Source: Eledone cirrhosa (lineage: Eukaryota). From it: 64,000 nt of DNA. The translations under genes were made by a program, and so were the position numbers. The stretch covers positions 77,004,001-77,068,000 of the forward strand of contig OZ024743.1 of the NCBI GenBank assembly GCA_964016885.1, in the 5' to 3' direction. The notes beneath the pieces are model-generated. The model saw only the letters and a list, made by a program, of their open reading frames with translations, was not told where the DNA came from and did not search any database. Numbering within the stretch: position 1 is the first letter of the stretch; every line of letters begins with the position of its first letter. Positions 38,269 to 50,252 of this stretch are shown one piece after another.

Positions 38269-38650
38269 GAGGCACATGGCTTAGTGGTTAGAGCATTGGC
38301 CTTGCAATTGAAAGGTTGCGAGTTCAATTCTCAGACCGGGTGGTGTGTTGTTTCCTTCAGCAAGACACTTTATTTCACATTGCTCCAGTTTACTCAGTTG
38401 TAGAAATGAGATGATAGGGACTGGGGTCCCTATCATTCCACTGCAAAGTGGTCGTGGAGGTGCCTCGGCAAAAGAGCACCCAGCCCACACTGTAAAGTGG
38501 ACATGTAGGCGCCACAGAAAAAAGCACCCAGCACTCACTGTAAATGAGGTTGGTGTTAGGAAGGGCATCCAGCTGTAGAAATCAAGCCAGAACCAGTTCC
38601 CGTCCCACCCTTGCAAGCTGGGAAAAGCGGATGTAAAATGATGATGATGA
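38268..38650 (+). mobile_element. tRNA-derived SINE family B head fused to an RTE-type tail (head-only copies near 24355-24520 -, 28290-28412 -, 41400-41515 +)
   Basis: A box TGGCTTAGTGG, B box GAGTTCAATTC, CORE-like CCTTCAGCAAGACACTTTA, hairpin ATGATAGGGA-CTGGGG-TCCCTATCAT, 48-bp units and (GAT)n tail. Confidence 0.8.
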
Positions 38651-38869
38651 TATCAATGAGAAATGGGCTTTGGGAAGAGAGACTGATGGATGGCAGCATA
38701 GAGAGGATGTTGGAGGGATCTAGTCATCATTTAACGTCTATCTTCCACGCTAGCATCGGTTAAATGAGTTTGTCCAATTTAGAGGCAAGTTGGGGCAGGT
38801 GACCGTGTCTCACTCATATAGGAGTGTTTCTGGCTGGTTTTCTACGGATGTCCTTCCTAATGCCAACCA

Positions 38870-39850
38870 CGTTTACAGTGTAGTCTGGGTGCTTTTTCTC
38901 ATGGCACCTACATGACCACTTTACAGTGTGGTCTGGGTGCTTTTTGTCATGGCACCTACATGACCACTTTACAGTGTGGTCTGGGTGCTTTTTGTTGTGA
39001 CACTTACATGACCACTTTACAGTGTGGTCTGGGTGCTTTTTGTTGTGACACCTACATGACCACTTTACAGTGTGGTCTGGGTGCTTTTTGTCATGGTACC
39101 TACATGACCACTTTACAGTGTGGTCTGGGTGCTTTTTCTCATGGCACCTACATGACCACTTCACAGTGTGGTCTGGGTGCTTTTTGTCATGGCACCTACA
39201 TGACCACTTTACAGTGTGGTCTGGGTGCTTTTTGTCATGGTACCTACATGACAACTTTACAGTGTGGTCTGGGTGCTTTTTGTTGTGACACCTACACAAC
39301 CACTTTACAGTGTGGTCTGGGTGCTTTTTGTCATGGTACCTACATGACCACTTTACAGTGTGGTCTGGGTGCTTTTTGTCATGGTACCTACATGACCACT
39401 TTACAGTGTGGTCTGGGTGCTTTTTGTCATGGTACCTGCATGACCACTTTACAGTGTGGTCTGGGTGCTTTTTGTTGTGACACCTACATGACCACTTTAC
39501 AGTGTGGTCTGGGTGCTTTTTGTTGTGACACCTACATGACATTTATAGTGTGGTCTGGGTGCTTTTTGTCATGGTACCTACATGACCACTTTACAGTGTG
39601 GTCTGGGTGCTTTTTGTTGTGACACCTACACAACCACTTTACAGTGTGGGCTGGGTGCTTTTTGTTGTGACACCTACATGACCACTTTACAGTGTGGGCT
39701 GGGTGCTTTTTGTTGTGACACCTACATGACCACTTTACAGTGTGGGCTGGGTGCTTTTTGTTGTGACACCTACGTGACCACTTTACAGTGTGGGCTGGGT
39801 ATTTTTTGTTGTGACACCTACATGACCACTTTACAGTGTGAACTGGATGT
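38870..39850. repeat. 48-bp minisatellite, about 20 highly homogeneous copies, inside a minus-strand RTE-tail element (38724-39860)
   Basis: Unit GACCACTTTACAGTGTGGTCTGGGTGCTTTTTGTTGTGACACCTACAT. Confidence 0.97.
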
Positions 39851-39863
39851 TTTGTGGTACCAG

Positions 39864-40382
39864 ATTTGATAAATTCCGACCTTACACACTTGTACCTCTC
39901 TAAGACAATGTCACTGGACCGAGATCTTTGGCGCCACGCAATAATACAGAAGACCCCCTTTGTCTATGTACAAAGCGAAACCTACAGTCAGTAGGCACCT
40001 CTTAACCAAATATACACCTCAACCCACTACCCCTACACCATCCTCCCACTCCCACCAACACCACCCTTTCTCTGTAAAGTTGGTACCACAACATCCAGTC
40101 CAAATTAATGAGATAATGAGATCGAGATCGTGTAGGTGTCACGACAAAAAAAACACACAGTCCACGCTGTAATGTGGCCATGTAGGTAACAAAGTAAAAA
40201 GTTCCCAGTCCACACTGTAAACATGGTTGGTGTTAGGAAGGGCATCCAGCCATAGAAAACCTGCCAGATAATCCTATACGAGCGAGACACGGTCACCCAA
40301 CCAATCTTGCTTCAAATTGGGATAACTCCCATCTAACCCATGCTAGCGTGGAAGATAGACGTTAAACAATGATGATGATGAT
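39864..40382 (+). mobile_element. RTE 3' end and 3' UTR (related copies 23143-23548 +, 24560-24986 +, 4165-4430 -, 48073-48233 -, 16015-16325 +)
   Basis: Homologous to 2525-2801 but without the deletion; contains GGTTGGTGTTAGGAAGGGCATCCAGCC, CCCATGCTAGCGTGG and a (GAT)n tail. Confidence 0.8.
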
Positions 40383-40536
40383 ATATATATATTTATGTGT
40401 CTATATATATATCATCTATGGTGTAAATAGACTTGATGTCCATACATAGCCAATGAGGCAGTAGACTTAAAAGTCAGTGGGGACTGAATGTGGAGAAGTG
40501 TCAGAAGATGGTCAAGTAAATCTAATACTACTTTGA

Positions 40537-40857
40537 AGTCAGTCTACCCTGAGGCCAGTATACCCTGAGGTCAGTCTGCCCTGAGGTCAGTCTGCCTTGA
40601 GATTAGTCTACCATGAGGTCACAAGGACAATATAGTGTTGTGAGGTTTAGCTTAAGGTCAGTCTGCCCTGAGGCCAGTATACCCTGAGGTCAGTCTGCCC
40701 TGAGGTCAGTCTGCCTTGAGATTAGTCTACCATGAGGTCACAAGGACAATATAGTGTTGTGAGGTTTAGCTTAAGGTCAGTCTGCCCTGAGGTCAGTTTA
40801 CCCTGAGGTCACAAGGACAGTATAGTGTTGTGAGGTTTAGCTTCTTAAGGTCAGTCT
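40537..40857. repeat. 16-bp subunit array (CTGAGGTCAGTCTGCC) with a 119-bp higher-order duplication
   Basis: The block at 40548 recurs at 40667. Confidence 0.85.
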
Positions 40858-40859
40858 TT

Positions 40860-41070
40860 ACTATTTTGTCCGATATTTTCTTGGTCTTCCTTTTCCTTTC
40901 ACATTCAGTTCTCTACACACCTTTAAACAGCTGTCATCTTCATTATACATCACATGCCAATACAAGTGCAATCTTCGCTCTCTCTCTTTCTCTTGCACAC
41001 TACATCTGATTCCTTTTATATCCAGTTTTTCTCCCTGTTCATTTGTGTTCCCTTGTTCATACACACCAAA
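40860..41070 (-). mobile_element. RTE-clade LINE fragment
   Basis: EKLDIKGIRCSVQE..RLHLYWHVM..EDDSCLK.CR..GRPRK. Confidence 0.7.
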
Positions 41071-43073
41071 TTTACACACTTACTGGAATGGTTTCTATCG
41101 TCAAACTCCTCTTCCTAAGGCCAATTGCTTTACAGAGTGTACTGGGTGTTTTGTTTTTTTTGTTTTTGTAGCACCAGTACTACCATTCTTACTTCATTTT
41201 TTTCTAGTCTCTACAAATACTCTGCATTGGTGGCCCATATTTTGGTGTTTCACACAAAAGCATGGTACAATCTGCCCTTCACTTCAAGGGAGAAAATCTT
41301 TGTTGCCAATTGAGGTAATAGCTCCCTGAACTTTTTCCAACCGATTCCTAACCTCTAGTTACTATGCTTTCAGAGAACCCACATCCTCTGTAAATTAGGT
41401 CAATGCATAGTTTAGTGGTTAGTGAATTTGATTTACAATTGTAAGGTTACAAGTTCAATTCCCAGACCAGGCAATGTGTTATGTCCTTGAGCAAGACACT
41501 TTATTTTATGTTGCTTTTTCTGCCAGGAGTTGTGACCAGTAGAGAGTTTCACTAATGGAAACATTGTTTCTTTGGTCTGATTTGATGAGTTCTACCTCAG
41601 AGGTCTGGGATATTGTTGATTGATTAAAAAAAACGGCAACAAAAGCTTACAACTACTAAAGAACAAGCTGAGTTTTTGAGAGAACCTATTTCTTGTATGA
41701 TCTTAGTGCTTACTGCTCCTGTACCTGTTGGGTCTACTTGGGAGTGGCCTTCTTTCTCTCATGTATTCTCCCAATTCAAAAATCTCTCATCATAGCACTT
41801 CCATTTCAGCATCAGTAAAAGCAAGTATGCTATCATTCTAGACATGTTTCTCCCCAATAACATCTTCATTTTCTCTCACACTTTGTTTTGCAATCTGAAA
41901 CACCTCACACTTCTGATCCTCACATGTGCAAACTTTTCACTTTTTGCTTTGATCCTGGCTATATATATCTAATGTCTAGCTTCTCTTATGGTCATCTGTT
42001 ACATTTCTCTGTCCCCACCCCCATTTTTTTACCTTTATGTCCCCTTATGTCTTGCTGGGGCCTTACACTAGTCACAAATCTGGTCTGTAGCCTTCAGCAA
42101 GTTGTTTCATAGAATCACCCAATTTTCAACCATGTTATAAGTTTATTATCTCTTCTTCCCTTCTGTAATAAAGGTCTATGTAGACCCTGTCCAACCCTTG
42201 CTAGTAGGGAAGGTGGGCATTAAAACGATGGTGATGATAATAACTGACAACATTTCATCATCATTTAATGTTTGTTCTCCCTGCTAGCAAAGGTTGGATG
42301 GATTGTCACAGACAAGTCAGTACTAATTGGTATTAATGACCTCTCAGCTGCACCAAGGAATGGGAGGTGCATCTCATATTAAAGAGTGGACCAGATGCAT
42401 TTTATCATGGCCTCAGCACTGAGGTGTTGGTTATATTTTTGACAACACTGAATAGTCCTCCCACACCTTTGTTTGGTAAGTTTTCTACAGCTGAGTGTCC
42501 TTATCACCAACCACTTGACAGAGTGTACTGGGTGTGTTTTAATCATGGCACCAGCACTAAGGAGTTTGTCATATCTTTGACACAGCTAAAGAGGCCTCTT
42601 GATTCTTTGTTTGGTGGGTTTTCCATGGCTGGTGCCCTTCTTACTGAGTGTACTAGGTGTGTTTTATCATATCACCAACACTAGAAAGTTAGTTGTGCCC
42701 TTGACACAACTGAAGAGTCTTTTCAGCCCCTTTTTTGGCATAGTTTCTATAGCTGGGTGCTCTTCCTATCACCAGTCACCTTTCAGGTTGTAATGGGTGC
42801 ATTGTTCATGGCACTAACACAAGAGAAGTCATCATGTCTTGACAGAAGGGCCCTCTCAACCCTTTGGCTTGGTTTTGTGGAGCCGGAAACCTTTCCTAAC
42901 ATAAACCATTTTATAGAGTGTACTGTGAGCATTTCATCATGGCACGTGCACTGGGGAGGTTGTCAATCATTGATTTGACTGAAGAGTCATCTCAACCTAT
43001 GTGGTGTTAGGATTGATGGAAAGTAGGAAGTATGCCATGGGTAAGGGACACTAGATGGGGTGGATGACAAATA

Positions 43074-43400
43074 CTCTCGGGTCTCAAATACCCACCCACC
43101 CCCCAATCCTACTTATTAATTTTTCAAATTTTTTCCAACCACCCCCGTTTATTAAATTTTGCTAATCTATCTCCAGCAAAATTTTATTTTAAGTCGTACC
43201 ATTCCTGCGACAATTAACTGTCTTTATACATGACCAAAAAAGTACATTACTTGATATCCCATATGTTATAAAATAAATAGGATGGGTTGGGGTCTCAATA
43301 TGTAAACTAAACAATTAATTCTGGTTTTTAAAAAAAAATCAACAGAGACAACTTAGAAAAATTATCGATTTTCCACCCCCTATTATTTGGGACCCGAGAG
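43074..43400. mobile_element. pogo/Tigger-like MITE
   Basis: TA|CTCTCGGGTCTCAAATA ... TATTTGGGACCCGAGAG|TA. Confidence 0.8.
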
Positions 43401-43569
43401 TATAATGTCATGGATGTATGATGGGTGTGGTGGTGTGGTGTGGTAGGAGGGGCTGAGAAAGTAAGCCATGAGTGCATAATAGGTGTGATGGAATTTGACA
43501 AGGTGATGAGAAAGATAAGAAGGGCTGGGTTAATCTGAGAAAGGATGGAAGTTACTAAATATATATATA

Positions 43570-43830
43570 TTTAGGGATTTGAGAGATCTGCATGGTGTGG
43601 ATGTGGATGTTTTCAAGAAACATCTCGACACCCTGCTATCCAGGATCCCGGATGACCCCACAGCACGGCACAAGGGAAACCTAAGGGCAGCAGCAACGAA
43701 CTCCCTCTTGCACCAATGGCCAACCAATACAGGCTGGAGATAAAATGTGTAGCAACAAGGGCAGTGCCCCAGCATGGCTGGAACAGGTAAAAGAGTAATA
43801 TAACTGAGTTCTTCTAGGACCAACATAACC
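43570..43830 (+). mobile_element. CR1-group LINE 3' end
   Basis: Translates RDLRDLHGVDVDVFKKHLDTLLSRIPDDP...RAAATNSLLHQ. Confidence 0.7.
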
Positions 43831-43873
43831 AAACCTTTTTTTTTTAAACTGCTTCAAAGATTTGACTTCTTTC

Positions 43874-44075
43874 AGACGGGGCTACAAGACTGGCCCAACC
43901 ATCTGCGAATGCGGAGAGGACCATTCGATGCAGCACTGCATTGTTTGCCCTCTACTACCAAACCAGTGCAGCTTAAAAGATCTCGCAGAATTTAATAATA
44001 ATGCAAAGGACTGTGTAAAGAAATGGGAAACTGTCATATAACCACACGTTTCGAAGATACGAAAAGAAGAAGAAG
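43874..44075 (+). mobile_element. Ingi/Vingi-like LINE 3' end
   Basis: GYKTGPTICECGEDHSMQHCIVCP...W..I* zinc-finger terminus, very short UTR and (GAA)n tail. Confidence 0.6.
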
Positions 44076-44466
44076 TAAGTTATACATGTGAAGTTTCCGG
44101 TATAGGCAGCCTAGATATTCCTCACCATAAAGTACATCTCTACTATTTTAATTGCTGCACCTGCTTCAATGACTATGGTATTAGATTGCACACAACCATC
44201 AAGCAGTTTTCTACTTCTCTATGTAGTCTATAATTATTACTACAACCTCTGCTCTATAAATCTTACTAAATGCCATTCCTCAACATCTTCATTACAATTA
44301 TCTCTCTCAACATATTAAACTCATTCAATGACACCATATTAAAATCCAGGAGTTTCTTCCAAGGAACATTCTTCTTCACATCAATAAGTAATCTTTCTAA
44401 GTTTCTTAACAAATTTCTTTATAAATTTAGTTATACTCTTAAACTTTTGTTACGGTACTTCTAAAT

Positions 44467-44650
44467 AATTGTTTCTACTTTTGGCACAAAGCCAGCAATT
44501 ATCCCAGTGTATTACTGGTACTTTATTTTATCGACCCCGTAAGGATGAAAGGCAAAGTTAACCTCGGGGGGATTTGAACTCAGACCATAAAGGGCCGTAA
44601 CTCTTTGCTGCAAAGCATGGCGTCCGACCCTCTACCGATACTGCCAATCC
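44467..44650 (-). mobile_element. tRNA-derived SINE family A
   Basis: Family consensus match. Confidence 0.85.
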
Positions 44651-44810
44651 AAACACTGTCTATGATTTTCCAATAATTTTGAAAATAATAATGATTTAGA
44701 AGTATTTTGTGAAATAACTTTCTTGTTATTAAGTTGGTGTTTGGAACATAATTTAAAAAAAGGTTTTCACATAAAATTATGATGGAAGGTCTTTAAATAT
44801 ATATTTTTAA

Positions 44811-45946
44811 CCCTTTCATAACCACATCTCTAATAAATACACTCTATTTTAATTAATTAATGAAAAGTTTTGAAGGATTTACTAAAATTATTAATTATTT
44901 CATTACTAAGATAGTAACTTAATGCGTACATATGAACAGCAATGTTGCATGTTAGAGAGACCTGGATGCTGTGTGCGGAAGACTTGCATAGATTGGAAAG
45001 AAATGAAGCTTGCATGCTCCGATGGATGTGTAATCGTAATTTATGTGAACGGCAAAGCATAAACAAACAGAGAGAAACTAGGCATAAGAGGAATCAGATG
45101 CAGTATGCAGGAGGAGATTACATTGGTATGGACATGTGATGCGTATGAAGGATGACAGCTGTATAAAAAGGTGCAGAGTGCTCAAAGTCGATGGAAACTT
45201 TGGAGTGGAGAGACCCAGGAAGACTTGGGATGAGGTAATAAAAGCTGACCTTGCCCAATTGCACCTCTAAAAGATGATGACACAGGACTGGGTCACTGGT
45301 GTTACACAGTAATACAGAAGACCTGACTTCCCACAGGCACAAGTATATATATATATATATATATATAGCATACACCACCCCACCCACACATCTTCCATGA
45401 GGACAGACTGAAGTATACATCCAGGGAAGCTTCCAGTCCACACTGTAAAATGGTTGTGATGACGACATGACAAAAAGTGCCCAGCCAACACTGAAAAGTG
45501 GTCATGTAGGAGTCACAACAAAAAGCACCCAATCCACACTGTAAAGTGGTAGTGTAGGTGTCATGACAAAAAGCACCCAATCCACACTGTAAAGTGGTAG
45601 TGTAGGTGTCATGACAAAAAGCACCCAATCCACACTATAAAGTGGTTGTGTAGGTGTCACAACAAAAGGCACCCACTACTCACTGTAAATGAGGTTGGCA
45701 CTGGGAAGGGCATCCAGTCATAGAAATCAAGCCAAAATCAGTTCTGTATGAACAAGACATGGTCACCTGACCTAGCATTGCTCACAAAAGGACAACTCGT
45801 CTAACCCATGCTTGCATGGAAAAATGGATGTTAAATGGTGACATTGATGATGGTGGAAGATTTTAATTTAAACTGGAAACCTTTAAAATGGGTGGTTTCG
45901 GTTCATAGAACCAGAGCTGGTTTTGGCTGGGTTGGTAACTAAAGGG
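44811..45946. mobile_element. piggyBac-like MITE (family P2) split by an RTE insertion
   Basis: TTAA|CCCTTTC... left part to about 44920; right part about 45855 to ...CTAAAGGG|TTAA. Confidence 0.7.
44921..45853 (+). mobile_element. RTE-clade LINE 3' region with 3' UTR containing about 5 copies of the 48-bp unit
   Basis: MLHVRETW...RLERNEACMLRWMC, WYGHVMRM, GRPRKTW, then UTR and the CCCATGCTTGCATGG terminal stem. Confidence 0.85.
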
Positions 45947-46237
45947 TTAAAATACATTATAGAAGCAGGGCAGTTTCATGTGATTTGGTATTAAAACAGT
46001 TAAATTCTAAAAACAAAAGGCAGTTTACATAGAACTAAAAGGATGATGCCTTATTTGTAGATAGCTTGGATTACATTCCATGTATATTGTTACAGTAACA
46101 GTTCTTGGTTACCAACAGCAAGTTTAGCAGACATTTCATTTTTCACACATATACAGATCAAATTTATCTCATTACTTTTTGTTCTTGGGCAGTCTTTCAA
46201 TTCTAACATTGAGATACACTGCCTAGACTACCATTCA

Positions 46238-47590
46238 TAGTTGAGATATTCCACCTAGACTGGGGTGTAGAGTCTGTCACTCCCTACCACAGCTGAGATA
46301 TACCACCTAGACTGGGGTGTAGAGTCTGTCACTCCCTACCATAGCTGAGATATACCAGCTAGACTGGGGTGTAGAGTCTACCACAGCTGAGATATACCAC
46401 CTAGACTGGGGTGTAGAGTCTGTCACTCCCTACCACAGCTGAGATATACCACCTAGACTGGGGTGTAGAGTCTGTCACTCCCTACCACAGCTGAGATATA
46501 CCACCTAGACTGGGATGTAGAGTCTGTCACTCCCTACCACAGCTGAGATATACCAACTAGACTGGGGTGTAGAGCCTGTCACTCACAGCTGAGATATACC
46601 ACCTAGACTGGGATGTAGAGTCTGTCACTCCCTACCACAGCTGAGATATACCACCTAGACTGGAGTTTAGAGCCTATCACTCACAGCTGAGATATACCAC
46701 CATGACTGGGATGTAGAGTCTGTCACTCCCCACCACGGCTGAGATATACCACCTAGACTGGGGTGTAGAGTCTACCACTCCCTACCACAGCTGAGATATA
46801 CCACCTAGACTGGGGTGTAGAGTCTGTTATTCCCTACCACAGCTGAGATATACCACCTAGACTGGGGTGTAGAGTCTGTCATTCCCTACCACAGCTGAGA
46901 TATACCACCTGGAGTTCGTCACTCCCTACCAAAGCTGAGATATACCACCTAAACTGGGGTGTAGAGTCTACCACTCCCTACCACAGCTGAGATATACCAC
47001 CTAGACTGGGATGTAGAGTCTGTCACTCCCTACCACAGCTGAGATATACCACCTAGACTGGGATGTAGAGTCTGTCACTCCCTACCACAGCTGAGATATA
47101 CCACCTAGACTGGGACGTAGAGTCTACCACTCCCAGCTGAGATATACCACCTAGACTGGGGTGTTGAGTCTGTCACTCCCTACCACAGCTGAGATATACC
47201 ACCTAGACTGGGATGTAGAGTCTGTCACTCCCTACCACAGCTGAGATATACCACCTAGACTGGGATGTAGAGTCTGTCACTCCCCACCACAGCTGAGATA
47301 TACCACCTAGACTGGGACGTAGAGTCTACCACTCCCAGCTGAGATATACCACCTAGACTGGGGTGTTGAGTCTATCACTCCCTACCACAGCTGAGATATA
47401 CCACCTAGACTGGGGTGTAGAGTCTACCACTCCCTAACACAGCTGAGATATACCACCTAGAATGGGATGTAGAGTCTGTCACTCCCTCCCACAGCTGAGA
47501 TATACCACCTAGACTGGGGTGTAGAGCCTGTCGCTCCCTACCACTGCTGAGATATATCACCTAGACTGGGTGTAGAGCCTGTCACACCCT
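46238..47590. repeat. 52-bp minisatellite, about 27 copies, with deletion variants
   Basis: Unit AGCTGAGATATACCACCTAGACTGGGGTGTAGAGTCTGTCACTCCCTACCAC. Confidence 0.97.
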
Positions 47591-48235
47591 TTCCCCCCTC
47601 TCCTTATTTTTATTATATAATTTCATTTTCATTTTATATTGCAAACATAATTTCATTGAAATTTGTTAAATAAAAAGTGAGGTATTGTTATTATTAAATG
47701 TCTTTAAACTTGCATATTTTTTAATAGTTAAGAGTATCTGCCCAAACAATAAATTCAGAAGGTTTATTTCTAACACCAACTATAAAATAATCATGGAAGC
47801 AGGTTAACAGCAGCAGTTTAATGATACGTACATTCTATATAAAGTACAACTACCTTGTCAGAGTCACTTGGTCCAATACTTTTATAAAATACATTGGTTA
47901 TGTTGGCTAATAATTATGATATTCACAATCTCATTACTTTAACTTACTATAACTAAACACTTCCAGAAGTTGTAGGAAATACTGATAAATATAAGATTAA
48001 TAATTGTATGTACTTAAATTATAGTGTTAGTCATCCAAATTATGATTGCATCATATAATAAGCACTATATAATCATCATCGTTTAACGTCTATCTTCCAC
48101 ACTAGCATGGGTTAGACGGGAATAGTCCCACTTGAGGCTAGATTGACAGGGTGACCGTGTCTCACTCGTATAGGACTGTATCTGGCAGGTTTGCTACGGC
48201 TGGATGCCCTTCCTAACACCAACCACATTTACATG

Positions 48236-48266
<31 letters not shown>

Positions 48267-48422
48267 TTAATATAGCAATGGCTTCTACAGGACTAGAACT
48301 GTTTCATTCAAAAGAAAGATTTCCTTTGAATGAAACAGTTCTAATCCTGTAGAAGCCATTTCTATATTAAACTTGATGTTAACACTCTACTAATGTATTG
48401 AACTTGGTACACACACACACAT

Positions 48423-48455
<33 letters not shown>

Positions 48456-48585
48456 GTAGTTGACGGCAGGGAGAAAAGAGTACTCAATACAGAAGTAGAA
48501 TTTTAATATTCATTTTATTAAGGCTAAATAGAGATAAACAGGCAAACCTCCAGAGTAACCAGATTCACTATTTAGCGTTAAGAAA

Positions 48586-48645
<60 letters not shown>

Positions 48646-50129
48646 CTGAGCCGGATGGCTGGAACAGGTAAAAGAATAAAAGAATATATACAGAGAGAGT
48701 GAGATGTCTCTACATACATGGATAAGAAGTAAATGAGTTAGCCAAGCAAGTCAACTGTTACTGTACTCTTGTCTAGACTATAAGTGGTCATACTAATTAA
48801 TTGGTGACAGTCATTTTTCATTATGACAGTTTCAGTCCGAGTAATTACAATAAGAGACAGTGTAGCAAATATATTTAACTCCCACCCCAAAACTATCATC
48901 ATCATACCAATTTGACATCATTGAATATTATTTGAGCTTTAAAATAATACTCAATATATATATTAACACAACAGTTAGTTCACCATACCGAGAACAATTG
49001 TTTCACCTTATGCGGATCTTCAATAATAGAGAGAGAGAGAGAGACCTAAAAATATACAAATTTTGATTACCTGTACAGGCAATATTTATTAGAATGATGT
49101 TGAAGTATGTGTACATTTTTTTTGTGGGGGACACCCTATATATGTGTGTGTGTGTATCCTGCAAGGCACATTTAGTCTGGAGTTTCATAGTTTGTGACTA
49201 AAAGTCCTGCCAAGATTGACTTTATTTTTTATCAAATAAGTACCGGTATTTTTCTTAGTATTTTTTAATTTCTGTATATAACCTTTCGAGGAAAACCGAT
49301 CATTTATGTTTATATATTGATTGATTTTTTAATATTTTGATAAAAGTAAAAACTTGATTTGTTCATCAGCCGTTAGTATTACAAATTTTATTATATTGAA
49401 TGGAAAAAGAAGAAAAAAATGAAGAAATTGGACGAAGAAAACTATGTGTAATAATGAGGTAATTATAAAAGATTCCAGGAGTGTTTTATTCTGGATAACG
49501 GTCTAAAGAACTTAAGTGTGGAAAATACAATGAAATAAAATAGTTGGGATAAGATAAGAGAGCACATGTCATTAATGACTCATACAGTATTCACCTGTTC
49601 AACTGACATTAATTAAAGAAAACGTACCGGACAATAAATAAAGCTGAACATTTTCACACACAGACACACAATTACATATGGTATTGTGAATCGCTGTAAA
49701 AATTTGTTTTAAATATATTTATGTAAAAATAAATGTTTAAATTAAGCTTCGAAATGTAGATAGATCTCAGTATATTGTAATGTACATGGTAGAATACTTA
49801 TATATATATATATATGTGTTGAAGTTTCCGTGGAAAAAGTAAAAGGAATGAAGAGTGCTCTATGTAAGAAACAGAGCTAAATATTTAATGTATAATAAAC
49901 AACACAGTATAATTACCTCATTACTCGAGGTTTCCCGAACAGGACAAACGCAAGAGACGTCCTATTCGGGAAACCTCGGGTAATGAAGTAATTATACTGT
50001 GTTTTTTATTATACATTAAATATATATATAAATATAGTCCAGAAATAGCCGTCGAAACGGCTTGAGCTCTGCCGTCGGGGTCCTGACCCTTTTCTTATAT
50101 ATAACATATATATATATAGCAATGTTTAG

Positions 50130-50252
50130 TGTTGCTGAAGAAGACGGCCGGTTGAACAGGGGTTTCGAGACTAAAAATAGGTAGTAGCTTAACCATTTCC
50201 ATGCTAGTTGATACATCGATCTCTATCGACCCTCTGAAACGATCGTAAAACA
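50130..50252 (+). ncRNA. Degenerate type I hammerhead-ribozyme-like motif (Penelope-like element remnant?)
   Basis: CTGAAGA at 50135-41; helix II 50142-55/50222-35 (11 of 14 pairs including one G-U); GAAAC at 50236-40; palindromic helix III ACGATCGT; GTA triplet. Helix I is weak (TGTT/AACA with a mismatch next to the core). Confidence 0.4.

Noticed and set aside
38411-38436. TCCCTATCA half-sites resembling the tet operator
   Set aside because: Wrong arrangement and spacing; this is a hairpin internal to SINE B, also present at 24356.
43876-44074. Plus-strand exon-like segment (TTTCAG|...|GTAAGT) with a Cys/His-rich frame
   Set aside because: Better explained as a LINE C-terminal zinc finger with a stop codon and (GAA)n tail; no partner exons found.
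46238-47590. Regular repeat arrays (also 1-408 and 38870-39850) as possible CRISPR-like arrays
   Set aside because: Units are head-to-tail with no unique spacers, no cas genes are present and the context is eukaryotic; these are minisatellites.
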